DNA of 64,000 nucleotides from an uncultured Methanomicrobiales archaeon. Lineage in GTDB: Archaea; Halobacteriota; Methanomicrobia; Methanomicrobiales; Methanospirillaceae. Positions 20,270-29,968 of this stretch are shown here, one piece after another (the stretch's first letter is position 1; each line of letters starts with the position of its first letter). The stretch lies in the NCBI GenBank assembly GCA_963697895.1, contig OY969100.1:2027726-2091725 (forward strand), written 5' to 3'. The translations under genes were made by a program, and so were the position numbers. The notes under the pieces were generated by a model that did no database searches, was not told where the DNA came from, and saw nothing but the letters and a program-made list of their open reading frames with translations.

Positions 20270-21222
20270 AAGCGGCGCTGCTCTCCCGGGGGACGGCCCG
20301 CCTGACCGGTGCGCCGGCAGATGCATATATAGCCCGCTCCGCGGCCGGCCCCGGGGCGGGAGGTTCAGGATCGGTTTTTTTTTCCCTGGACAACCGGTGC
20401 GTACGCCTTGCCGTAGATCCGAACAGCAGTATTCTCATCAACCATCAGGGATGCGGAAAGGCAGTGCTCGTTATGGACGGGAATACGTGGTATGGCAGGC
20501 TGGAACCAATCGGTCTCCATTGTCCCCGACAGGCATACATCACGATAAGCGGCAGCTGCATCTACCATTGCCGGTACTGCCCTGTCCCGGCACAGGGAGG
20601 AAGGAGGAAATCAGTGAATGAGATAGTGGAGATGGTCAGTGTGGCGAAGGATCGCATCGATGCTATCGCTATTACGAGTGGTGTCGCGACAGCGATCCGG
20701 GAGGAGGAGGTGTACATGATTTCGGTGATAAAAGCACTCATTCCACTGGGCATCCCGATGGGGGTATCGATATACCCTACACCGGAGACTCCCCGCCTTC
20801 TCCATGAACTGGGGGTCGTGGAGGTCAAATTCAACCTCGAAACGGCGACCCCGGAACTCTTTACACGCCTCTGCCCCGGTCTTGACCGGGACCTGATGTG
20901 GCTGGTACTGAAAGAATCGGTGGATCTCTTCGGTCGGGGGCATGTCTTCTCCAACGTGATCATTGGACTCGGGGAATCCGACGAGGAGATGCGCTCCTGC
21001 ATACGCGCCCTGACGGCCATCGGGGTGATTCCGGTGTTGCGACCCCTGAACCCCGCGGCCGAACTCTCGGGATTTTCGCGTCCTTCACCAGAACGGCTGA
21101 TGCGGCTTGCGGATTTCCACCAAAGAGCGCTTGAAGAGGCAGGACTGGATCCCTGTCAGGCAATTTCGATGTGCACCGCCTGTACCGGGTGCGACCTGGT
21201 ACCCGGGAGGGATATTCCATGA
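20251..21222 (+). CDS. Radical SAM protein, biotin-synthase-related, function unknown
   Basis: CIYHCRYC (CxxxCxxC), NLET, IIGLGESD and C-terminal CTACTGC. Confidence 0.9.
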   Translation: MRWVELKAALLSRGTARLTGAPADAYIARSAAGPGAGGSGSVFFSLDNRCVRLAVDPNSSILINHQGCGKAVLVMDGNTWYGRLEPIGLHCPRQAYITISGSCIYHCRYCPVPAQGGRRKSVNEIVEMVSVAKDRIDAIAITSGVATAIREEEVYMISVIKALIPLGIPMGVSIYPTPETPRLLHELGVVEVKFNLETATPELFTRLCPGLDRDLMWLVLKESVDLFGRGHVFSNVIIGLGESDEEMRSCIRALTAIGVIPVLRPLNPAAELSGFSRPSPERLMRLADFHQRALEEAGLDPCQAISMCTACTGCDLVPGRDIP

Positions 21223-22490
21223 GAGGAGAGGAGGCGATCGCAGAGGCGCTCATGATCTCTGCCGATCGTTGGTACAGTGTCCCGGGGTTTCCTATCACGG
21301 GTCTCGGTGATCGGGTGGGTGCAGAAATGGTCATCAATGAGAAGACAGCGCTTGAGTATGCGCTCGGAGATTCTCTTACGGGACGAAGAGCGGCCATCAT
21401 TGTCAAGAATGTAGGGTTGAATGCATGTGCCGACCCGCTCCTGCAGGCGACGGCACAGGGGCTCATCCGCGGGGTCGTTATTGTTGCGGGGGACGATCCC
21501 GATGCACAGGGATCCCAGACCGCCCAGGACTCGCGATACTACGGAGAACTCGGGGAACTACCGGTGATAGAACCGGACGTAAGAACCTGTTATACGGGTG
21601 TGGAAGCGGCGTTCCAGGCATCGGAGCAGTTTTCACGTGTTGCGATAGTGCGCATCACCCCGGGGATCCTCGGTACGGTCGTCGATCGGCATCCCGTCGA
21701 ACGGCAGGATCGGAATGGCAGGTTGTCCGACCGATCATGGACAATGCAGGGGCGGGTGACAGCCGCTGAAGAACTGTACCGGACGATGTTCACCTGGTCT
21801 TCCCGCTCTCCCCTGAACCGGTGGGAGGGGGATCCGGCAGGGGTAGGTGCGGCAGAAGGAAGGACCCGGATCGTGACGGTTCACCCCATGCCGGAGCAGG
21901 CTGCCGGAATACCGGTGGTGCATGAATCCGGGCGGAGTTTTGTCCGGGACCACCGGGGGCTTCCGCCCCCGGAACCGCAAAAAAGCCCGGAAAAACGGAA
22001 GGACAGAGGATATTACCGGACCTTCTGTGCATCGTGTCCGTTCAGACCCCTGCTGGATATCCTCAAAGAAACAGATATTCAGGTGATCTGTGATGCGGGG
22101 TGTTCGGTGCTCGCGATGACCCCTCCCTATGAAATGGGCGTGGCCAGTTACGGGATGGGTGCGAGTATCGCCGTTGCCGCGAGAAGCACGGGGGTTGCTC
22201 TGATTGGTGACTACGCTATTCTCCATTCGGGAATAAACGCACTTATTGACGTATATGAGAAGAGAATTCCCCTGTTATGTATCGTGATGAAGAACCGATG
22301 TACAGCAATGACCGGAAAGCAGCCGATCCCGGATTCGATCCCTTATCTTGCCTGGGCAAAACCGGTCATCTGTGATGCGGATGACGAGGGCCGGCTGCGG
22401 ATGGTCATCAGACGCCCTGAAATGCCGGGAACCGTGATCGTAGAAGGCGAGTGTCCTGTCGGGGCCACGCACGCATTCGTGGAATGTTAA
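21219..22490 (+). CDS. TPP-dependent enzyme, truncated IorA-like (no C-terminal ferredoxin domain)
   Basis: VPGFP, NEKTALE, KNVGLN..ADP, GDDP..SQ..QDSR, FCASCP, DAGC and the TPP motif IGD...HSG...N..TAMTG. Confidence 0.85.
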   Translation: MRGEEAIAEALMISADRWYSVPGFPITGLGDRVGAEMVINEKTALEYALGDSLTGRRAAIIVKNVGLNACADPLLQATAQGLIRGVVIVAGDDPDAQGSQTAQDSRYYGELGELPVIEPDVRTCYTGVEAAFQASEQFSRVAIVRITPGILGTVVDRHPVERQDRNGRLSDRSWTMQGRVTAAEELYRTMFTWSSRSPLNRWEGDPAGVGAAEGRTRIVTVHPMPEQAAGIPVVHESGRSFVRDHRGLPPPEPQKSPEKRKDRGYYRTFCASCPFRPLLDILKETDIQVICDAGCSVLAMTPPYEMGVASYGMGASIAVAARSTGVALIGDYAILHSGINALIDVYEKRIPLLCIVMKNRCTAMTGKQPIPDSIPYLAWAKPVICDADDEGRLRMVIRRPEMPGTVIVEGECPVGATHAFVEC

Positions 22491-22535
22491 CCGGGGTTCG
22501 TGGAATGAACAGGAATTGCATGGGGGAAACCTGAA

Positions 22536-23666
22536 ATGAAGCCGTGGAATATTGAGATCTGTGATGTAACGTTGAGAGACGGTGAACAGACTCCGGGGGT
22601 GTCGTTCACCTGTGAGGAGAAAGTGAAGATCGCCGGAGTGCTGGACGAGATCGGAATCGACGTCATCGAGGTGGGATTTCCGGTCGTTTCTCCGTACGAA
22701 AAACACTGCGTGACAGCGATCGCTCACCTGGGACTGGATGCCCGCATCTGCTGCCTTGCCCGTGCACGAAAAGTGGATGTGGAGCAGGCGATCGACTGTG
22801 ACGTCGGGATGGTGAGCATCTTCATCGCTACATCTGACCTCCATATCCGGCATAAATATAAGAAACCCCGCGAACAGGTGGTTGGTGAAGCGCTGGAACT
22901 GATCGAATTCGCGCACGATCATGGTGTGGAGGTACGGTTCGCGGCCGAGGATGCATCCCGGACCGACCCTGTCTTCCTCGGGGAAGTGTACCGGCAGGGG
23001 CAGGAATACGGCGCCGACCTGCTTTCTTTCGCCGATACCGTCGGATGCCTTACGCCCCTGGATATGTACCGGATCATGCTGGAACTGGTCTCCGCTCTCG
23101 ATCGACCGCTCTGTGCACACTGCCACAACGATATGGGATGTGCGACGGCAAACACGATCACCGCCGCAGAGGCCGGGGCGTTCCAGCTGCATACAACGGT
23201 AAATGGTATCGGGGAACGTGCCGGCAATGCAGCGCTCGAAGAGGTGCTGGTCGCTGTCAGGATGCGTGGCGGAGTGGACCGGTATGATCTTTCTTATCTC
23301 ACGGGTCTTTCACGGCTTGTCGAAGAGTATTCCGGGATACGGATTGCCAAGACCAAACCGGTCGTCGGTGAACATGCCTTCTCGCACGAGAGCGGGATCC
23401 ATATCGCGGCAATCCTCGAAGATCCATCCACCTATGAATATATCCCCCCTGAACTCGTAGGAGGCGAACGCCGGTTTATCCTTGGAAAACATACGGGAAA
23501 GAAGGCGCTCGAATATGTGGTCTCGACCCTCGGATATCAACTTGATGAAAAGCAGATATGCCGGGTTCTTGACGAAGTAAAGGAGCTTGGGGAGAGTAAA
23601 TGCGGGATAACTCCCGATACGCTCACCGCCCTTATACGCCATGTACAAAAGGAGCAGATCGGATGA
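22536..23666 (+). CDS. aksA: Homocitrate synthase family (2-oxoacid elongation)
   Basis: DVTLRDGEQTPG, HCHND, GERAGNA and HESGIH. Lacks the LeuA regulatory domain; clustered with aksDEF. Confidence 0.85.
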   Translation: MKPWNIEICDVTLRDGEQTPGVSFTCEEKVKIAGVLDEIGIDVIEVGFPVVSPYEKHCVTAIAHLGLDARICCLARARKVDVEQAIDCDVGMVSIFIATSDLHIRHKYKKPREQVVGEALELIEFAHDHGVEVRFAAEDASRTDPVFLGEVYRQGQEYGADLLSFADTVGCLTPLDMYRIMLELVSALDRPLCAHCHNDMGCATANTITAAEAGAFQLHTTVNGIGERAGNAALEEVLVAVRMRGGVDRYDLSYLTGLSRLVEEYSGIRIAKTKPVVGEHAFSHESGIHIAAILEDPSTYEYIPPELVGGERRFILGKHTGKKALEYVVSTLGYQLDEKQICRVLDEVKELGESKCGITPDTLTALIRHVQKEQIG

Positions 23667-24874
23667 GCACTCTTTCGGAACGGATCCTCTGCGGCACGGC
23701 AGGCGAGTATGTGGACCGGCATGTCGACCGTGCGTACGTGCATGACGGAACAGGGGTGCTGACCCTGGATGCATGGCGGAGATTGGGAGAGATGCCCGTG
23801 GCTTATCCGGAACAGTGTGCAATCATCTTTGATCACATCGTTCCGGCAAATACTGCCACGACAGCGATACTGCAAGCGGAGCTCCGTGAATTTGCCTCCT
23901 GTACCGGTATCCGGTTCTCTGAAATCGGTGGCGGGATCTGCCACCAGGTCATGAGCGAGGGAGAGGTGCTGCCCGGTGAGGTGGTGGTGGGCGCCGATTC
24001 CCACACCTGCACCCTCGGGGCCTTCGGTGCGTTTGCAACCGGTGTCGGGGCGACGGACATGGCCGCAATCTGGGCATCAGGCTCCACCTGGTTCCGGGTT
24101 CCCGAGACACTCGCGATCCGGCTGTTGGGGAGGCTCACGGCTCCGGCCGAGCCAAAGGATCTCGCCCTAAAGTACGTCGGGCTCCTTGGGATGGATGGCG
24201 GGGCATACCGGGCGCTCGAATTCGTGGGGGAAGGCGTGGAGAGCATATCGATGGACGGCAGACTCACCCTGTGTAACCTGGCGGTTGAAACCGGTGCGAA
24301 GACCGGGCTCTTTTACGCGGACGGCACGACATGCCGGTATCTCGAGAGGTACGGGCAGACAATCCAACCCCAGGTCCCACAGGACTGCTGTTATGAGCGT
24401 GAGTATCCGATCGAGTGCAGCGAGATCGTTCCTCTGATTGCCATCCCGCCGCGGGTGGATACCATTCGTCCCGTAAGCGATCTAGCAGGTCTCGGAATCG
24501 ACCAGGTTCTGGTGGGAACGTGCACAAACGGCCGCTTTGAAGATCTTGAGCGATTTGCACGGATCGTCCGGGGCAGGAAGGTTGCAGTCAGAACAATTGT
24601 TGCACCCGCCTCCCGCGAAATTCTGGAGAACGCAATCCGAACAGGGGTACTCGCCGATATCGTTGCAGCAGGCTGCACGATCATCACCCCGGGCTGCGGA
24701 CCCTGTCTCGGTGCCCATGCAGGGGTGATCGGGGAGGGGGAGATCTGCCTTTCCACGGCAAACCGGAATTTCCGGAACCGGATGGGTGTCGGAGGGGATA
24801 TATACCTCTCGTCGGTCGCCACCGCAGCGGCGAGCGCTTTGACCGGGGAAATCACCGAACCGGAGGTTTGCTGA
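23663..24874 (+). CDS. aksD: Homoaconitase large subunit
   Basis: GICHQ, GADSHTCT, GTCTNGR, PGCGPCLG and STANRNF. Confidence 0.82.
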   Translation: MSTLSERILCGTAGEYVDRHVDRAYVHDGTGVLTLDAWRRLGEMPVAYPEQCAIIFDHIVPANTATTAILQAELREFASCTGIRFSEIGGGICHQVMSEGEVLPGEVVVGADSHTCTLGAFGAFATGVGATDMAAIWASGSTWFRVPETLAIRLLGRLTAPAEPKDLALKYVGLLGMDGGAYRALEFVGEGVESISMDGRLTLCNLAVETGAKTGLFYADGTTCRYLERYGQTIQPQVPQDCCYEREYPIECSEIVPLIAIPPRVDTIRPVSDLAGLGIDQVLVGTCTNGRFEDLERFARIVRGRKVAVRTIVAPASREILENAIRTGVLADIVAAGCTIITPGCGPCLGAHAGVIGEGEICLSTANRNFRNRMGVGGDIYLSSVATAAASALTGEITEPEVC

Positions 24875-25344
24875 TGCGGATGGAAGGAACGGCGATCTGC
24901 CTCGGGCCGGATATTGATACCGACCAGATCATTGCCGGGCGGTATCTCAGGACGAAGGATCGGCGGATATGGGCTCTGCACGTCTTTGAAGATCTCGATC
25001 CGGGTCTTGCAAACCGCCTGGATGGTGCCGTGATCATCGCCGGGAAAAACTTCGGCTGTGGGTCCTCACGTGAACAGGCTGCAATCGCCCTGAAAGAGGC
25101 GGGACTCAGGGGCGTTATTGCGCCGAGCTTCGCCCGGATATTTTTCCGGAATGCGATTAACATCGGGCTTCCCCTTGCCGAATGTTCCTGTTCCTGCGTT
25201 GAGGGGGCGTTCTTGAGCGCCGACCTCGGTTCAGGAATTGTCGAACTGAACGGGGAACGTTACCGAATCCGGCCACTATCGCCCCGTATGCTCGAAATTC
25301 TCACATCCGGAGGGCTGGTGGAATACTGGAGGGAGAGAGGGTGA
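24874..25344 (+). CDS. aksE: Homoaconitase small subunit
   Basis: IDTDQII, NFGCGSSREQA, and the YLRT loop typical of methanogen homoaconitase rather than LeuD. Confidence 0.87.
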   Translation: MRMEGTAICLGPDIDTDQIIAGRYLRTKDRRIWALHVFEDLDPGLANRLDGAVIIAGKNFGCGSSREQAAIALKEAGLRGVIAPSFARIFFRNAINIGLPLAECSCSCVEGAFLSADLGSGIVELNGERYRIRPLSPRMLEILTSGGLVEYWRERG

Positions 25345-26156
25345 TCTTTCCGCGAGAGTGTAAGGAGGTCGGCTATGCTTCGACAAAACCCTGTGGAGAC
25401 CGGACGTATTTCCTCTCGAGGTACCTGATCCATGAGACCCCTGCCGGAGATGAGATCCTCGAGGTAGAGCCTGACCCTGCCGGGACGGGATTGATGCGGG
25501 ACCTGATCAGAACCCGGGTGATTGCCACCGCTGGGGATGTCCACCGGCATCCTGAAAAGGTGAACCTGTATGACCGTGCGCGTCTCGTACGGATTGCGTC
25601 CGAAAGCGGGTACAGGTGCACGATATTTTCCGGACGGGATGAACATACTACGTTTGTGCTTGATTCCGATCTCTCCTCTTTCCTTACGGTCCACGTCTAT
25701 GATAATTTTCCCCCGCTGCCGGCCCTCTCGTCCGCCATCTGCGAACAGGAGGCGTGCGGGCTATACGGGGAACTCGACATTCTCTTCGAACATCATGTGC
25801 AGGATGTCGGAAGGAGGGCCGCCGACGTCTTCCCCTGCAGGGCTGCCGGCTTCTCGCGGACGCTCGACGCGGACCGGATGCAGGGGGGGGAGCGCATGGC
25901 AGGGTGCCTGACCGGGGCCCAGCTGTATCGTGAATGTTACGACGGGGAATTCACTCTGGAGGATATCTGCCCGGTCTCTTCGGTAATGTCAGAGCCCTTC
26001 ATCACCCGCTGCTGCCGAAGCGAGCGTGAAGGGACAGGGATCCACCATGGGCGGTTCGGTACGATCGTTCACTGGGGTGCCAGTCCATGTACAATTCTCC
26101 GGGCAGTCCACGAGGTGGTTCGGGGGTGGAGGGAGCATGCAGATCGCGGTCGTTGA
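25341..26156 (+). CDS. Cys-rich hypothetical protein
   Basis: 271 aa, overlaps both neighbours. Motifs: CKEVG, PCG..YFLSRYL, FPCRA, GCLTG, ICP and RCCRSER. Confidence 0.8.
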   Translation: MIFPRECKEVGYASTKPCGDRTYFLSRYLIHETPAGDEILEVEPDPAGTGLMRDLIRTRVIATAGDVHRHPEKVNLYDRARLVRIASESGYRCTIFSGRDEHTTFVLDSDLSSFLTVHVYDNFPPLPALSSAICEQEACGLYGELDILFEHHVQDVGRRAADVFPCRAAGFSRTLDADRMQGGERMAGCLTGAQLYRECYDGEFTLEDICPVSSVMSEPFITRCCRSEREGTGIHHGRFGTIVHWGASPCTILRAVHEVVRGWREHADRGR

Positions 26157-27108
26157 GGGGGACGGTATCGGCCACGAAGTGGTACCGGTCGCACGGGATC
26201 TGCTTGCCGTGATGAGACCCGATTTTGAGTTTTTCCAGGTGGAGGTCGGGTTCGGACGGTGGGAGCGCGATGGTCACGCGATCACCGATGAAGACATCCA
26301 AATGCTGGGATCCGCGGATGCAATCCTGTTCGGGGCGGTGACGACCCCACCCACTCCCGAATACCGGAGTGTGGTGGTTCAGATCCGGAAGGCACTCGAT
26401 CTGTTCGCGAACGTCCGTCCTGTATCAGGGGACGATGTGGATCTGGTGATCGTCCGGGAAAATACCGAAGGGCTCTATACGGGGATCGAGACGATCGAGC
26501 CGGACCGGGCGACCACCCTCAGGGTGATAACCCGGAAGGGAACCGAGCGGATTGCCCGGTATGCCTGCGGTCTTGCCAGGCACCGGATGCACCTGACGAT
26601 CGGTCACAAAGCGAATGTTCTCAAATCCGATCTGTTCTTCCGGGGTATCTGCCTGGAGGAGGCAAATCTCGCTGACGTTCCCTGCGGGGAATGTCTCATC
26701 GATGCACTCTGCCTGGACGTTCTCCGCCATCCCCGGGCGTATGACGTGATCGTTACGTCGAACCTTTTTGGGGATATCCTCTCGGATGTCGCGGCATATC
26801 TGGTAGGTGGTCTGGGCATGCTCCCGAGCGCCAATATCGGTGATCGGCATGCCCTCTTTGAACCTGTACACGGGAGCGCCCCTGACATCGCAGGAAGGGA
26901 CCTTGCAAATCCTGTCGCTGCGATACGGAGTGGAGCGATGCTTCTCCGCCATCTTGGGGATGACGGGTCGGCAAGAATGGTCGAGGACGCAGTCACAAAA
27001 ACGCTTGCGCGTGGAGTAAAAACATGCGATATAGGTGGAAACGCAGGCACAAGGAGATTCGGGCGTGAGGTCCGCGATACATTGGCTTCAATGAAGCGAC
27101 CCGGATAA
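26137..27108 (+). CDS. aksF: Homoisocitrate/isopropylmalate dehydrogenase family
   Basis: GDGIGHEV, RENTEGLY, NLFGDILSD and EPVHGSAPDIAG; operon context. Confidence 0.82.
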   Translation: MQIAVVEGDGIGHEVVPVARDLLAVMRPDFEFFQVEVGFGRWERDGHAITDEDIQMLGSADAILFGAVTTPPTPEYRSVVVQIRKALDLFANVRPVSGDDVDLVIVRENTEGLYTGIETIEPDRATTLRVITRKGTERIARYACGLARHRMHLTIGHKANVLKSDLFFRGICLEEANLADVPCGECLIDALCLDVLRHPRAYDVIVTSNLFGDILSDVAAYLVGGLGMLPSANIGDRHALFEPVHGSAPDIAGRDLANPVAAIRSGAMLLRHLGDDGSARMVEDAVTKTLARGVKTCDIGGNAGTRRFGREVRDTLASMKRPG

Positions 27109-27196
27109 GGAACCATACCCTCATTGAACATCGGGATACCCGGGTGTTATTAAGGCGGAGTACAAAAAATGCCTCTGACAACGGAAGAGGTTTCCC

Positions 27197-28048
27197 ATGG
27201 TGAAAGTCGGTGTGCATGTCTCCATCGCGGGTTCGATCGCAAAGGCAGTGGACAGGGCTGGAGAAATCGGGTGTGACACATTCCAGATCTTTTCCCGTAA
27301 TCCCCGCGGATGGCAGTCCAAGCCGCTCTCCGAAGAGGATACTGCACGATTCCGGGATAACCTGGATCGGTCCGGAATCTGGCCGCCGGTCGATCATATG
27401 CCTTACCTTCCGAATCTTGCGACGGAAACCCCGGAGCACTATGAAAAGACTGTGATGACACTCACCGAGGAGCTTGTACGGTGCGAGCGGCTGGGAATTC
27501 CATACCTGGTGACACACCTCGGGCACTACCATGCCGGGGGTATCGGGCAAGGCCGCGAACGGGTTATCGCCGCCATTAACGCCGCACTTACGGAAGTGGA
27601 AAACCCGGTCGTGCTTCTCCTGGAAAACACCGCTGGCGAGAAGAACGGGGTTGGGAACCGGTTCGAGGATATCAGGTCGGTGATCGAGGGAATAACTGAC
27701 CAGAAGCGAATAGGGGTCTGTTTCGACACCTGCCATGCATTCGGTGCGGGATACGAACTCCGGACGGAGAAGGGGCTTGAACTAACCCTTGCCCAATTCG
27801 AGGCTGCAATCGGTATCGGTAAGATGAAAGCAGTTCACTGTAACGACTCCAAGGGCGACCTCGGGAGCGGCCTTGACCGCCATGAGCATATCGGTCTCGG
27901 CTTCATCGGAGAGGAAGGGTTCCGGACTATTCTCCATCATCCTGTCTTCCGGGATCTCCCGCTCATCTGTGAGACGCCTGTGGATGCCCGTCGGGGTGAT
28001 AGCGGGAACATCCGGAAGGTCCGGGAGCTTGCCGGTCCTTTAAAGTAA
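27197..28048 (+). CDS. nfo: Endonuclease IV
   Basis: GVHVSIAG, HMPYLPNLA, LENTAG, DTCH, HCNDSK and DRHEHIG. Confidence 0.95.
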   Translation: MVKVGVHVSIAGSIAKAVDRAGEIGCDTFQIFSRNPRGWQSKPLSEEDTARFRDNLDRSGIWPPVDHMPYLPNLATETPEHYEKTVMTLTEELVRCERLGIPYLVTHLGHYHAGGIGQGRERVIAAINAALTEVENPVVLLLENTAGEKNGVGNRFEDIRSVIEGITDQKRIGVCFDTCHAFGAGYELRTEKGLELTLAQFEAAIGIGKMKAVHCNDSKGDLGSGLDRHEHIGLGFIGEEGFRTILHHPVFRDLPLICETPVDARRGDSGNIRKVRELAGPLK

Positions 28049-28049
28049 A

Positions 28050-28730
28050 TTAAAATCCGGCGAGAAATTCCCGGAGAATCACCTCGCAGAGCCGGTTGCT
28101 CTCTGCCAGATAATGCTCCGAATCCCCGATGATGACCGCCTGCTCATCTTTGTTCATGCCCGTTATCCAATCCAGGATAATGTCTTTTGTTAACTCTAGG
28201 TGAAACTGCAGACCTACGGCACTCCGGTACCGGAACGCCTGGTGGCGTACCCGGTCACCGGTGCAGATCAGTATGCCCCCGTCAGGAATCCCGAATGTAT
28301 CGCAATGGAATTGGAATACCGGAAATGAAGGTGGCAGGGGAAGCCCTCCATGAACCGTTTGAACGGACATCCAACCGGTTTCCTGCAGATACGGCATGAC
28401 CGGCGCACCGAATGCAGCTGCTATCAGCTGAGCGCCGAGGCAGATTCCGAAAACGGGTCGGCCCCTCCGCACATACTCCCGTATCAATACCTTTTCTCCG
28501 CCAAGAAAAGGAAATTCCTGCTCATCATGCACTCCCATCGGTCCGCCTAAAACGACCAGATGCGATGCAGTAACGTTCGGAATCTCTGCCGTTTCATAAA
28601 GCCGTATACAGGAGTACGGAATCTTCCGTTCTTCCAGGAATGAACAGATGATCCCTGGTGGTTCGGAACCCGAGTGCTGGAGGATCGCAACCTGCATATC
28701 AATCGCGTATTCTGTAGGTGGGTTTCGCAT
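28050..28730 (-). CDS. Class I glutamine amidotransferase-like protein
   Basis: LGGPMGV, GICLGAQL and QFHLE triad. True start may be 28697. Confidence 0.9.
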   Translation of the reverse strand: MRNPPTEYAIDMQVAILQHSGSEPPGIICSFLEERKIPYSCIRLYETAEIPNVTASHLVVLGGPMGVHDEQEFPFLGGEKVLIREYVRRGRPVFGICLGAQLIAAAFGAPVMPYLQETGWMSVQTVHGGLPLPPSFPVFQFHCDTFGIPDGGILICTGDRVRHQAFRYRSAVGLQFHLELTKDIILDWITGMNKDEQAVIIGDSEHYLAESNRLCEVILREFLAGF

Positions 28731-28960
28731 GAAAGATTTTGGGTATCGCAGGCTGTAGGGAAGACTTCTACCTCCCGGAAGCAGGAGGACCGCCGGTCCG
28801 ATTGGAATACCGCCGTTCTATGATATCGCAGCATAGGGTTTATCGGAACTGATCTCGGCCAATTTCCTGGCATTGCAAGACAAATTTTTCACCGTTATCC
28901 GTTGGCAAAATCATATGCCTTCGTCTCGCTTATTAGGGTGAAACACCAATAAGAGATGAA

Positions 28961-29968
28961 ATGAAGGCGACATTCGATGGAAAAGGGGTGATCCTCGGCC
29001 CCGACGGCAGGACCCTCTATGAGCAGAGCGGGTACGGGCGGCTGGCCGGGGATGGACTCCGGCTCGCCCCGGAGGAGGCGCTCTATCTCGTTCACCGGGG
29101 CCGGATCGATGTTGCCGGATTCGATTTCAACCAGTTGTTGGCTGTCTTTTGCAGGAAACCGGATATGCTCCGGAACTTTCTGGTGTATCGTGATATCCGG
29201 GAACGGGGGTATGCAATCCAGACCGGTCCGCACGACTTCCGGGTATTCCGACGGGGGGAACGCCCCGGGACTGGGGAATCCCGGTATCTCATCCGGGTCC
29301 TGTCCGAGCGGCAGCTGATCCATTTTTCCGTACTCTTACAGGAAACAACCACCAGTGCGAAGATGCGGAAGCAACATGTGCTTGCGGTCGTGGATGACGA
29401 GAATGAACTCACCTACTATGAGGCGAAGGTTCAGCAGCTGACTGCGATCGCTTCGGCACCGGACTGCCCCTTTCTTGAGGCATTCCTGGCAGGACGCTCC
29501 GCAGTCGTCACGGTATCACCGGATGGACAACCGGTACCCGGATCTCTCGGCATGTGGCTTGATCAGACCAGGCTTCTTCTCTCCCCGATGGAAACCCTGT
29601 ATCTGATTCATTCCGGCTGCCTCAGCCTGCAGGGCCTGGAAGGACCGATCGGGGAGGCAGATTATGTTGCTATCGCTGCAGAGGAAGACCGGGAAATGGT
29701 CGAAAAGACGGCAGTCTATGAAGATCTCCGCAAAAATGGGTACGTTCCGCGTACGGGCTACAAATTCGGGCATCATTTCCGGGTCTATACGGTGAATAAG
29801 GTCCATTCAGATATGCTTGTCCATGCGATCCCGGGAGACGGGAGTCTTCCGATGAGTACCATCTCCCGGTCCGTACGGCTTGCCCACAGCGTGAAAAAGA
29901 AGATGTTGTTTGGCTGTGTACATTCTACGGGAATTTCGTATCTCGAATTTGCACGTATCAAACTGTGA
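28961..29968 (+). CDS. endA: tRNA-splicing endonuclease (two-repeat, alpha2 type)
   Basis: Internal duplication, TGYKFGHHFRVY and VRLAHSVKKK. Confidence 0.95.
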   Translation: MKATFDGKGVILGPDGRTLYEQSGYGRLAGDGLRLAPEEALYLVHRGRIDVAGFDFNQLLAVFCRKPDMLRNFLVYRDIRERGYAIQTGPHDFRVFRRGERPGTGESRYLIRVLSERQLIHFSVLLQETTTSAKMRKQHVLAVVDDENELTYYEAKVQQLTAIASAPDCPFLEAFLAGRSAVVTVSPDGQPVPGSLGMWLDQTRLLLSPMETLYLIHSGCLSLQGLEGPIGEADYVAIAAEEDREMVEKTAVYEDLRKNGYVPRTGYKFGHHFRVYTVNKVHSDMLVHAIPGDGSLPMSTISRSVRLAHSVKKKMLFGCVHSTGISYLEFARIKL

